The position numbers and the translations under genes are program-made. A DNA stretch of 54,603 nt, from the IMG/VR virus record IMGVR_UViG_3300017754_000846, positions 1 through 54,603 of that record, one strand, 5' to 3'. Positions within the stretch are counted from its first letter, which is position 1; each line of letters begins with the position of its first letter. The notes beneath the pieces are model-generated. The model was not told the origin of the DNA and ran no database searches. It worked only from the letters and a program-made list of their open reading frames with translations. Source of the stretch: a virus. Lineage: Duplodnaviria; Caudoviricetes. Shown piece by piece: positions 29,074-38,473 of this stretch.

Positions 29074-29113
29074 ACTTTTTAAGTTTATTTTTTAAACTAA
29101 AATTTATTATATT
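29071..29113 (+). promoter_or_regulatory. Perfect palindrome TAAACTT-ttt-AAGTTTA plus TATATT
   Basis: Palindrome 29071-29087, extra TAAACT half-site at 29093, TATATT at 29108-29113. Confidence 0.6.
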
Positions 29114-29131
29114 TATATATAACACCTTATT

Positions 29132-32100
29132 ATGAAAAGACGTGTAAGAATATATAAAGCTGGTGGAGAACACTCAGCTGATTTAACAAGAGCCCAACAA
29201 GGAATGGAGATGCAACCAGCTCAAGAACAAGCTCCAGCTCCTACAGCACAAGATGTAATGACTTACATGTTACAAGTTATTAGTCAAGGTTCTACATTAG
29301 ATGAAGCTACACAAGCTGTTGTTAGTCAAGGTATTCCGATGGATCAGGCTACAATGATAGCAAATCAAATTGATGAATATGTTAAGCAACAAGCAGATGC
29401 TAACATGGCTCAAGAGACTGATGATGAAGACTCTGCTGAAAAACTTGCTATGCAACAAGAAGCTGAAGAAGCTGCTGCTGCAGAGGAAGAAGCACGCGCT
29501 GCAAGAATGCAACAAATGTATACACAAAATGAATCTGACTATACAGGAAGTACTGAAGATGACTCAGATCTTTATATGAAGTTAGGTGGGGTAAAAAGTA
29601 AAAGAGACTACATAAAGAATTATATGAGTCTTGCTAAGAAACAAATGGGTGGAGGAACTGAACAAGTTAAACCTGATCTTAGAACTGATGTACCTATTAA
29701 TGGTAGAACTGAACACTTACAAAAATTCTTAGGAGCGGTTAAATCAACTGCTCAAACTGCTGCATTAAAGAAACAAGCAGAAGAAGCTTATAATCAAGAA
29801 ATGCAAGCAATGGCTCAAGAAGGTGGAATGTATCCTAATGCTGATGAAGATCCGGAGAATCCGATGCATCACTTAGGTTTATACTCACAAGGTTTGAACC
29901 AGGTATTTGATAATGATATGATTACACAAGCTCAATTTGGTGGTGGACTCTTTAATGGAAGAGGTCAACAAAGAAGAGCAATGAGAAGAATGAATAGAAT
30001 GTTCCCTGTAGGAATGGTTCCACAAGGAGCTATGTTCCCACAAGGATTTAATATAAATAACTTAAATGCATTTATTCCACAGAGTGGTTTACCTAATGGA
30101 CAATCAACAGCAACTCCTCAAGGTTTTGGTGGATATGGTCTTGCTAATATTGATGTAAGAAGAACTGGCCTATTTGGTAGACCAAAAGAATATACTATTA
30201 ACTTTAATACTGCTGCTCCGGTTCAACCAAAAGAAGCTGAAGACTTAATTGAACAAGCAACAACTAATGCTGAAGCAACTGCAAAAGAAGAAGCAGAAAC
30301 AGCTAAAGCAGCTGAGACTAATACAAGTAGCACAACTAATGCTAAAGTGCAGGAGGAAGCAGCTAAGACAGCTGATGTACAAACTGCAGATGGAGTTACA
30401 GCAGAAGTAAAAGCTAAAGATAAAAGTAATACTGGTAAAGCAAAACCTGTAGAAAAAATAAAAGAAATAATAGAAGAAGAAATTATTCCTGTTGGTTCAC
30501 CTGTTAAAAACACTTCAAATACTAAAGTTGGACCATATAACTTTTCTGGTGTAGCTGATGCAGGTAAGGCTTTTGGACAAGCTTATCTTGATAATCAAAA
30601 AGCAGCAAAAGTTGCTAAATGGAAAGAGTATCAAAGACAACAAAAAATTGATGCTTTACCTTGGTTAGAAAAACAAATGTGGTATGCAGAACACCCTGAA
30701 GATAAACCTTCAGTTAAAAGTAATGCAAAACCAAAAACTACTTCAAATAAAACTAAAGCTAAAAATTTAGTAGGTGATATGATGAATCCAATTGCTGAAA
30801 TACCTAGTTGGTTATTTTCTCCTAGTGATTCTGGAGGAGGTGATAATATTGGATATCAAGTAGGTGGTTTTACAGATCCTGAATCAGGACTTTATAAGTT
30901 TTTTGCTGGAGGTGAAGATCCTTCTATTCCACAATTATCTCAAGCTGATATTGACTACATGCACAGTAAGAATACTACGGACCCTTATTTTGCATATGGT
31001 GGTTATTTTCAAGATGGTGGTGATAATACTCCTGTAGATATTTTAGATGCTAAGGGTAATGTAGTAAGACGTGGTACTCAAGCTGAAGCAGAAAGAGCAG
31101 GACTTAATCATAGATTAGTTGAAGAGGAAGACAACCAAACAACTAATGAAGATGTAACTACTGAAACAAATACAAATCCATATATTCAACAATACAACAA
31201 TAGATACAATCAATATCCAGCAATGTATCCAAGAGCTTATGGAGCAGGAAGAGCAATTCAACGCGCTGGTTCATGGGATAAACAAAAAGGTTCTCCTTAT
31301 ATGACAGGAACTAATAATCCATATATGGGTCAATTAGGTCCGGGTTCTGCTATTAGTAGTATTGATGTTAAAAGATCTGGTATGTTTGGTGCACCTAAGA
31401 AGTACACTATAAACTATTCTGTACCGGGGCAAGCAGGTATTAATGCAAACAAAACTCAAAGCTATAAAGGTTCTGATGGTCAAATGCATTTTATGAATAA
31501 TGCAAATGCTAATCAACAAGCTCCAGGTACTGCAGATGGAAGAGAGTCTAGACTTAAAAGCATGTATAGAAGAATGACTGAGAAAGGATTCTCCACACCG
31601 GAAGAATCTGGATCAACAGGTTTACATGATAAGAATGACGAGAAGTACAAAAAAATCTATGGACATTATCCAGGTGAACAAGCTAATGGTAGACCAGAGT
31701 TACCAGAGATGGGTAAACTAGCTACTAAACCATTAGAAGAAGCAACACCTCTTAATAATCAAGTTATTAGAAATCAGGCTGATTTAAATCCAGAGATGTA
31801 CAATAACTTACCTAACATGCAGACTAAAGGTCAAGGTATGTTAAACTTACCTGAGATTCAGAATGAAAGAGTTGCACAAACTTTTCCATCTGCAAATCCT
31901 CAGCAAGCACCAGAGAATCTTTCTCCTGTAGTTAATACAGCAGGACCAAGAGCTGGTATGGAAGACTATACAGGTTTTGGTGATTATCAAAATCCAGTAA
32001 TGCCTGAAGCAGATTATATGCAAGATTCATTACAGATACAAGGTAATCCTTATAACTTTGGTATGGACACAGCTCCTAATGAAGAGGAGATGGCCGCGTA

Positions 32101-33199
32101 CTTACAAAATAATTTAATGCCTGGGGTACCTGGTTTTGAATATCCTGCTTATCCTCATTTTAATGATGCTGGTCAATATATTAATATGCCTAAAGAAGTA
32201 TATAATAGTAGACCTACTAGAAGATCATATAATGTTAATCCGGTTAATACTTCTCCTAGTAGAAATACTAATCCTATTAACACAAATACTTTTTCAAAAA
32301 AAGAAAATAAAGAAGCAGAAGGTCAAGCTTATAACCAGTTACTAGATATGCGTAATCAAGCATCAGGAGATGATCCAGCAACTTTTAGAAAATCAGCACA
32401 AAAAATTGATGCTACTGGTAAAAGAATGTTCCGTAACATGTCTAATTCTCAAAAATTAGATTACTTAAAGAAACTTAAAAAATTAGATTTAAATCAGTAC
32501 AATAGTTATCTTACTCTTTTACAAGATGGAGGATCTTTACCTCAAGCTCAAAAGCTAGGTGAGTTTAATTACTCAGGTAATGATATTCCTTTTGGTTATT
32601 TTAAAGATCCTACAACAGGTTTAATTAAAAATCTTGCAGGAGACATTTATAAACCAACTACTAATTTACAAGGTAATGCAGATAAGTTAATGAATACTAA
32701 TGACTTAGTAAGTCAAGGTAATGGTTTAACTACTGATAAATCTATGGGTTTTGATGCATCTGGAGAACAATACAGAAATGATGGTTTATTATCTGATGCA
32801 GAAAAAGAAGCACAAGCTAGACAAAATGTATCTGTAGATGTTAAACGCAAAAACATGTGGGATGTAAATGGACCATTACTTAATGATAAGATTAATCGTG
32901 GAGTTAACTTTGCATCAGGTATCTTAGAAAAACTAAATGCGGCTAAAGCAAATAAAGGCATGTATGATAGATATAATGCTGATGAGTTATATGCTGTAAA
33001 TCAAGATAAGGACAGAGGTACATATGATATTAACTCTGGATTATTTAGACCTGATGAGATGGGCTTTACAGGAGTTGCTGCATTAGGTGGTTACATGCAA
33101 GAGGGTGGAGCTTCCTATGAAGAAGGTGGTGACACTTATATGTCAGAAGAAGAAATCCAACAGTTCCTTGCAGACGGTGGTGAATTAGAATTTATTTAA
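29132..33199 (+). CDS. Virion cargo protein, largely low-complexity, xxGG-punctuated
   Basis: 1355 aa, Q/M/N/P-rich, with more than a dozen xxGG motifs and an internal duplicated motif. Confidence 0.6.
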   Translation: MKRRVRIYKAGGEHSADLTRAQQGMEMQPAQEQAPAPTAQDVMTYMLQVISQGSTLDEATQAVVSQGIPMDQATMIANQIDEYVKQQADANMAQETDDEDSAEKLAMQQEAEEAAAAEEEARAARMQQMYTQNESDYTGSTEDDSDLYMKLGGVKSKRDYIKNYMSLAKKQMGGGTEQVKPDLRTDVPINGRTEHLQKFLGAVKSTAQTAALKKQAEEAYNQEMQAMAQEGGMYPNADEDPENPMHHLGLYSQGLNQVFDNDMITQAQFGGGLFNGRGQQRRAMRRMNRMFPVGMVPQGAMFPQGFNINNLNAFIPQSGLPNGQSTATPQGFGGYGLANIDVRRTGLFGRPKEYTINFNTAAPVQPKEAEDLIEQATTNAEATAKEEAETAKAAETNTSSTTNAKVQEEAAKTADVQTADGVTAEVKAKDKSNTGKAKPVEKIKEIIEEEIIPVGSPVKNTSNTKVGPYNFSGVADAGKAFGQAYLDNQKAAKVAKWKEYQRQQKIDALPWLEKQMWYAEHPEDKPSVKSNAKPKTTSNKTKAKNLVGDMMNPIAEIPSWLFSPSDSGGGDNIGYQVGGFTDPESGLYKFFAGGEDPSIPQLSQADIDYMHSKNTTDPYFAYGGYFQDGGDNTPVDILDAKGNVVRRGTQAEAERAGLNHRLVEEEDNQTTNEDVTTETNTNPYIQQYNNRYNQYPAMYPRAYGAGRAIQRAGSWDKQKGSPYMTGTNNPYMGQLGPGSAISSIDVKRSGMFGAPKKYTINYSVPGQAGINANKTQSYKGSDGQMHFMNNANANQQAPGTADGRESRLKSMYRRMTEKGFSTPEESGSTGLHDKNDEKYKKIYGHYPGEQANGRPELPEMGKLATKPLEEATPLNNQVIRNQADLNPEMYNNLPNMQTKGQGMLNLPEIQNERVAQTFPSANPQQAPENLSPVVNTAGPRAGMEDYTGFGDYQNPVMPEADYMQDSLQIQGNPYNFGMDTAPNEEEMAAYLQNNLMPGVPGFEYPAYPHFNDAGQYINMPKEVYNSRPTRRSYNVNPVNTSPSRNTNPINTNTFSKKENKEAEGQAYNQLLDMRNQASGDDPATFRKSAQKIDATGKRMFRNMSNSQKLDYLKKLKKLDLNQYNSYLTLLQDGGSLPQAQKLGEFNYSGNDIPFGYFKDPTTGLIKNLAGDIYKPTTNLQGNADKLMNTNDLVSQGNGLTTDKSMGFDASGEQYRNDGLLSDAEKEAQARQNVSVDVKRKNMWDVNGPLLNDKINRGVNFASGILEKLNAAKANKGMYDRYNADELYAVNQDKDRGTYDINSGLFRPDEMGFTGVAALGGYMQEGGASYEEGGDTYMSEEEIQQFLADGGELEFI

Positions 33200-33208
33200 C
33201 TTTGTGTT

Positions 33209-35368
33209 ATGTACTATAGAGTAAAAATTAAAAAGCTTCCAGGTAAAGCAACTGGAGGTGCAGCAGGAAACAAGATTGTTCCTAATCAGACATTAAGTTT
33301 TGGTGGAGCTGATATGAATATGGGCCCTGCAAAACCTCAACTTAGAAAAACAATGACAGCTATTCCTAGAGATAAGGCTAACGTTGAAGTTGAAGACAAT
33401 GAAGTTATTGTAGGTGACTTAGCTGGAGACGGTATGATTGGTACTGCTGTAGCTAAAGGAGAGAGACATAGTAATGGTGGGATTCCTTTGAACTTGCCGG
33501 ATGATACTTTTATCTTTAGTGATACAAGATCAATGTTGATTAAGGATCCTGCAATGTTGACTAAATTTGGTAAGGGTTCCATTGACGGGAAAAAGTCTAA
33601 GGGTTATACTCCTGCTGAACTAGCTAAGCCATATGATGTTACTAAGTATAGAAAAATTCTTCAAGATCCACAATCAGATGCAATTGATAGAAAGACTGCA
33701 GAGATGATGATCAAGAACTATACTATGAAATTAGGAGCTCTTGCTATTGCACAAGAAAGTAAAAAAGGATTTCCTCAAGGTATTCCTTCATTGGCTAGAC
33801 CATATATGGAAGCTAATAATATTAAGGATGAAGATTTAATTCCTCAGTTACCTCAGCAACAGAATCCACAAGAGGAAATGATGGAAGTAGGTCCTGAACA
33901 AAACTATCAAGAAGAAATGATGGAGGCACCTCAACAGATGCCTAATGGTCAACCTATTGCTATGCCTCAAGAAATGGAACAAGGTATGATGCCACCAATG
34001 GCAGCATATGGATATGAGATGCCTTCTTATATGGCTTATGGTGGTTATCTTCCTGAAGCACAAGAAGGTGTAGTAATTAATCCATATGAGAATGCTAGAA
34101 CGGCACAAGGTAATGTTACTCCAACAGGTAAATCAAATAAGTATAGTACAAGAGACCAAAACATTAAAGAATACTTAATGCAATGGGAAGGTCTTATACC
34201 TGGTATATCTAAAATGAGTGAAGGTAAAGCACAAGCTGCTATCTATGATTATAACTTAGAGAATAATCCAGATGCTATTAAAGCAATGTGGCAAGAGTAT
34301 GGTCTTACAGCAAAAGGTAAGAAGAATGCTACGTTACGTAAGTTAACTAAGAATGGTGTATTTGATGATGAAACATTAAAAGATCCGGAAGTACTTAAAC
34401 AATTAAAAGATGCATATGTAGACAACTACTTTGGTGCAAGACAGATGGAACCTGCAAAAGCTAAACCAGCTCCTGCAGAAGAAGTACCTGTAGAAGAAGT
34501 TGTAGCAGAAGAAGAAGAAGTACCAGCTAAAGAAGTAGAACGTCCAGATGATGGATCTGACTTTGAAGTTACTCCTGATCAACCTTATACAACTAATGCT
34601 GATTGGATGACACCTGATAGAGTTAATTATTATGGAGCTCTTAAGGATAAGTCAATGATCAAAAAGTATATGCCTTGGGCTCCTCAGTACAATCCTGAAA
34701 TAGCACAAGCTGTATATCTAGATCCTACAAGAGAGTTAGGTGCACAGTCTGAACAAGCTAATATGATCTTACAAGGTTTAGGTCAATTTACTGGACCACA
34801 AGCAATGTCATCAAGAGCATCAAGTGTACAAGGTACAGGAGCTGAACAAGCTGCTAATACATTGTCTAGAATTAATAATGCTAATGTTCAACTTGCTAAT
34901 CAATTTGCAGCTAATAACGCAGCTACAAGAAATCAAGCTCAGCAAATTAATCAGGCAAGTGCACAAAGATTATATGATCAGAATACAGCAGCTAACCAAG
35001 CATATGATAATGCAAGAGCTATGGCTGATCAAAATGTAAGACAAAGCTTTAACACAGGATGGAACAATGCTTCTAGACTAGCACTTACTAATGGTTTGTA
35101 TGAGCAATATGATATTGATCCTGTAACAGGTAATGTGGTATTTCAAGGAGGTAAAGAGGCAACGCCAGTTAATAGCAAGTCTATCTCTGAAAGAGCAGCT
35201 GAATTAAGACGTGAAGGTTGGGACCAAAAGATAGCTTATCAAATGGCTAAAGATGAAATAACTGGTAGATCTAATATTGGTGTTGACCCTGAAGCAGTAA
35301 TGGAAAATTATGCACAGAAAGGTGGTTACGTTTTAGGGGATAACATATTCCCATTCATGTTCTACTAA
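33209..35368 (+). CDS. Virion cargo/ejection protein
   Basis: 719 aa; NVEVEDNE...GERHSNGG...FIFSD module resembling crAss-like cargo proteins; Q/N/A-rich helical C-terminus typical of ejection proteins. Confidence 0.62.
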   Translation: MYYRVKIKKLPGKATGGAAGNKIVPNQTLSFGGADMNMGPAKPQLRKTMTAIPRDKANVEVEDNEVIVGDLAGDGMIGTAVAKGERHSNGGIPLNLPDDTFIFSDTRSMLIKDPAMLTKFGKGSIDGKKSKGYTPAELAKPYDVTKYRKILQDPQSDAIDRKTAEMMIKNYTMKLGALAIAQESKKGFPQGIPSLARPYMEANNIKDEDLIPQLPQQQNPQEEMMEVGPEQNYQEEMMEAPQQMPNGQPIAMPQEMEQGMMPPMAAYGYEMPSYMAYGGYLPEAQEGVVINPYENARTAQGNVTPTGKSNKYSTRDQNIKEYLMQWEGLIPGISKMSEGKAQAAIYDYNLENNPDAIKAMWQEYGLTAKGKKNATLRKLTKNGVFDDETLKDPEVLKQLKDAYVDNYFGARQMEPAKAKPAPAEEVPVEEVVAEEEEVPAKEVERPDDGSDFEVTPDQPYTTNADWMTPDRVNYYGALKDKSMIKKYMPWAPQYNPEIAQAVYLDPTRELGAQSEQANMILQGLGQFTGPQAMSSRASSVQGTGAEQAANTLSRINNANVQLANQFAANNAATRNQAQQINQASAQRLYDQNTAANQAYDNARAMADQNVRQSFNTGWNNASRLALTNGLYEQYDIDPVTGNVVFQGGKEATPVNSKSISERAAELRREGWDQKIAYQMAKDEITGRSNIGVDPEAVMENYAQKGGYVLGDNIFPFMFY

Positions 35369-35408
35369 ACTTTATAGGTTTAATAAACTTATAAAATTTT
35401 AATATATT
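35366..35408 (+). promoter_or_regulatory. Palindrome TAAACTT-tat-AGGTTTA plus TATATT
   Basis: Palindrome 35366-35382, extra TAAACTT at 35384, TATATT at 35403-35408 (same spacing as at 29071). Confidence 0.6.
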
Positions 35409-35431
35409 TACAATATAGATAAACATTAACT

Positions 35432-38400
35432 ATGGCAACGTATCTACAAGGTGTCACCGATTATATACCACAGTTCCAGCCTTTTCAGCCGGACCTGAAT
35501 TTCTATAATAATGTGTTGCAGACAAAGCAAACACAGTATGATAGTAACTATAACTCATTGAATAAGATTTATGGACAGTACTATTATGCAGATTTGACAC
35601 ATGGTGATAATGTAAAAAGAAAAGAAGAACTACTTAAGAATATTGATTTTAATTTAAAGAAAGTTTCTGGTCTAGACTTATCACTTGAACAAAATGTAAC
35701 ACAGGCAACTCAGGTATTTAAACCATTTTATGAGGACAAGTATCTTATGAAAGATATGGCCTTTACTAAGAATTTTAATAATCAATTAAGTAGAGCTCAA
35801 GGTTTGAAGAATTCAGATGATGAGAAACAAAGAGCTCAATACTGGGATGATGGTGTAGCAGCATTGAATTATCAAAGAGAAGAATTTGCTGAAGCAGATG
35901 TAGCAGATACTTTAAGTTTTGGAAATGCTGAGTATACTAACTATGTCAATGTTCAAGAGAAAGCAATGAAGCTTGCAAAAGAGTCAGAGTTATCAATTGA
36001 GTCTGTTGACTTTAGTCCTGATGGTAAATGGTTAGTAAAGACTAAGAATGGTGAACAGTTAATGGAACCATTAAGTAAATTATTTGAATCTCAATTAGGT
36101 TCTGATCCTGCTATTCAAGCTGTTTACAAAACACAAGCTTATGTAAATAGAAAGAATTATGCATCATCTAATGCTGCACAATTTGGAGGAGATAAGAATA
36201 AAGCTGAGATGAAATATCTTGAGACAAACTTTAACATGTTAAAGGATGCTCAACAAAAAAGATATAAAGACTTACAAGAGTCATCTACTAGTTATGATGC
36301 TAAGATCCGTGATATTCAATCTAGAATTGATAAAGGAGATAAAAGCCCAGATCTTCCAAAATTCTTAGCTAAGTTACAAGAAGGTAAAGCTATTAACCAA
36401 AGTGTTCTAGATAGAATTGAGTCTGATGTAAAAGCATTGGAGCCAGAATCTAAAACTGCTACTACATCTACAGGTTTTGTAAACCCATATGGGGACATTA
36501 AGTCTCTAAGATGGAAAGTAGATAGTGCTATGGCTTCTCAATTAATGGAGAAAGACTTAGATGAGTCTGCTCAGATCTTTGCATTCAGAAATGCTAAACA
36601 AGATATGGAAGCTAATCCATATGCTGTTAATGCACAGAACCATGCATTTAGAATGCAAGAGGTTGCATCTGCTAATGCAAGTAGAGAGCGCGCTGCTAGA
36701 ATCCGTAATGCGGGTGAAGCTAAAGCTAATATGGATAAACATATGGTTGAATCAGGAGCTTATCATTATGACACAGATCCTGAAAGTCCAACTTATGGGC
36801 AAGCTGTATTAAACAGAGCTTACCAAGATACTTTTGTAGAAACTAAAGATACAGGATCTACAGGAGAGGTAAACTTAAAAGCTCTTAGTACACAAATTGG
36901 TAAAAAATATACTGCTGATTATGCAGTACCTTATATGCAACAATCATTAGCTATTATTGATAAAATGGTTGCTACTGGTAAAATGACTCAGAAAGAGGCA
37001 AATCATATCCTGAGCTATAATCATAAAGGGACAACTACAGTTGGAAACTTTAAAGCTAGAATGGATAAAGACTCATATTACTTTTTATCTAGAGAAGTAG
37101 GTGATAAAGGAATGGGTTATATCAAAAAGAAACTTGATTACTGGGTTAAAAATAATAAAGATCTTAAAGAGATTGCTGATGGTATCCCCGGATATTCTGA
37201 AGCTTCAAATAACTTTAACATGTACATTGGACATGTAACTGCAGAAGAAGATTGGAGAAAAACAACCTCAACTATGGTTGAGCAAAGCTTAAAAGCTAAA
37301 GGTGGAGACCTTGGTAAGTACGCTAAATACTTATATGATGATAAAGGAAGATTAAGATCAGAAGCAGAGTTTTATAAGATAATTAATAAAACTGCTCCTA
37401 GTAAACAATCCTTTATGGACCAAGTTGGTTTTGGTAAAGGTAATAAGTGGGGAACTGCAACAGGTGAAGGTATTCAACATGCGGCTAATATGCTTGGATC
37501 TCCTGCAGCTGGTATGGGTATTAGAGCAGTAGGTCCACAAGGTGTTGTTAAAGCATTATCTTATTTACCTGGTTTAGAAAATTTAGGAGTGGTAGCAAAT
37601 GCTCCAGCAAAAGGTATCTATGATGACTTAGTAGCAGCAGCAGGTAAAGCTTATGCTTCTAATAAAATTAAGAAAGCTCCTCCGGGAATTAGTACTATGG
37701 GTAATATGAATGGTGCTGGTTTATTTACACCGGGTGCACAATCTATATTTGTATCTCCAAAAGCATTTGACACAAAAGGATATGCATACTTCCATGAATT
37801 TGCAAGAGACTTTAGAAAATTAGACTTTGGTGATAGTGATAAGAATGTTATTACATTCATGGGACCTACAGCTACAGGTATGTCAAAAGACTATAGAAGA
37901 AATGATATTGGTAAACAACTTGTTGATGCAATGATTGCAGAGATGAATAACTCAAAAAGTAAGTTTACTAATTTTAAAATGAGCTCACAGAATGTTGCTG
38001 CAGGTAATGCAAATACAGGAGCTATGATTCTATACCCTGATGCAGAATGGTTAGCTAACTATAAGTCTACTAATAAAGAGAATAACAATAACATGTTAAA
38101 CTCTGATCAGTACAATGCTATTATGAAAAATGGTATTACTGTAATGAGTAACTCTAATAACTGGACTAATGGTTTATTCAGTTCAAGTTATCTTGATCCT
38201 GTTCAAGCTCAAGTAGAATATTTTGGACAATATGAATATAGTGATCCATACGGTAATCATACAGCAACTGTTAAGAAAAATACTTTAGGTACAGGAGATT
38301 ACATAGTTGATCAAAGATGGAATATTTTAGATCATAGCACTGGGCAATACGTCCAAGGTAATAGTTATGAAAATATGAGTACGCTAGGAAATAACCTATC

Positions 38401-38473
38401 TCAAGTAGTAGGTACATTCCCAGGATTTAGTGAACAAGTACAACAATATAATACAGGAGCATATGGCTACTAA
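35432..38473 (+). CDS. Virion cargo/ejection protein
   Basis: 1013 aa; N-terminal QFQPFQPDL...KQTQYD helical region; Gly-rich hydrophobic segment near aa 680-720. Confidence 0.6.
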   Translation: MATYLQGVTDYIPQFQPFQPDLNFYNNVLQTKQTQYDSNYNSLNKIYGQYYYADLTHGDNVKRKEELLKNIDFNLKKVSGLDLSLEQNVTQATQVFKPFYEDKYLMKDMAFTKNFNNQLSRAQGLKNSDDEKQRAQYWDDGVAALNYQREEFAEADVADTLSFGNAEYTNYVNVQEKAMKLAKESELSIESVDFSPDGKWLVKTKNGEQLMEPLSKLFESQLGSDPAIQAVYKTQAYVNRKNYASSNAAQFGGDKNKAEMKYLETNFNMLKDAQQKRYKDLQESSTSYDAKIRDIQSRIDKGDKSPDLPKFLAKLQEGKAINQSVLDRIESDVKALEPESKTATTSTGFVNPYGDIKSLRWKVDSAMASQLMEKDLDESAQIFAFRNAKQDMEANPYAVNAQNHAFRMQEVASANASRERAARIRNAGEAKANMDKHMVESGAYHYDTDPESPTYGQAVLNRAYQDTFVETKDTGSTGEVNLKALSTQIGKKYTADYAVPYMQQSLAIIDKMVATGKMTQKEANHILSYNHKGTTTVGNFKARMDKDSYYFLSREVGDKGMGYIKKKLDYWVKNNKDLKEIADGIPGYSEASNNFNMYIGHVTAEEDWRKTTSTMVEQSLKAKGGDLGKYAKYLYDDKGRLRSEAEFYKIINKTAPSKQSFMDQVGFGKGNKWGTATGEGIQHAANMLGSPAAGMGIRAVGPQGVVKALSYLPGLENLGVVANAPAKGIYDDLVAAAGKAYASNKIKKAPPGISTMGNMNGAGLFTPGAQSIFVSPKAFDTKGYAYFHEFARDFRKLDFGDSDKNVITFMGPTATGMSKDYRRNDIGKQLVDAMIAEMNNSKSKFTNFKMSSQNVAAGNANTGAMILYPDAEWLANYKSTNKENNNNMLNSDQYNAIMKNGITVMSNSNNWTNGLFSSSYLDPVQAQVEYFGQYEYSDPYGNHTATVKKNTLGTGDYIVDQRWNILDHSTGQYVQGNSYENMSTLGNNLSQVVGTFPGFSEQVQQYNTGAYGY

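Noticed and set aside
38430-38462. GTG start for the 2015-aa ORF
   Set aside because: It gives a long overlap with the upstream gene; ATG 38463 gives a short overlap and an MAT start like neighbouring genes.
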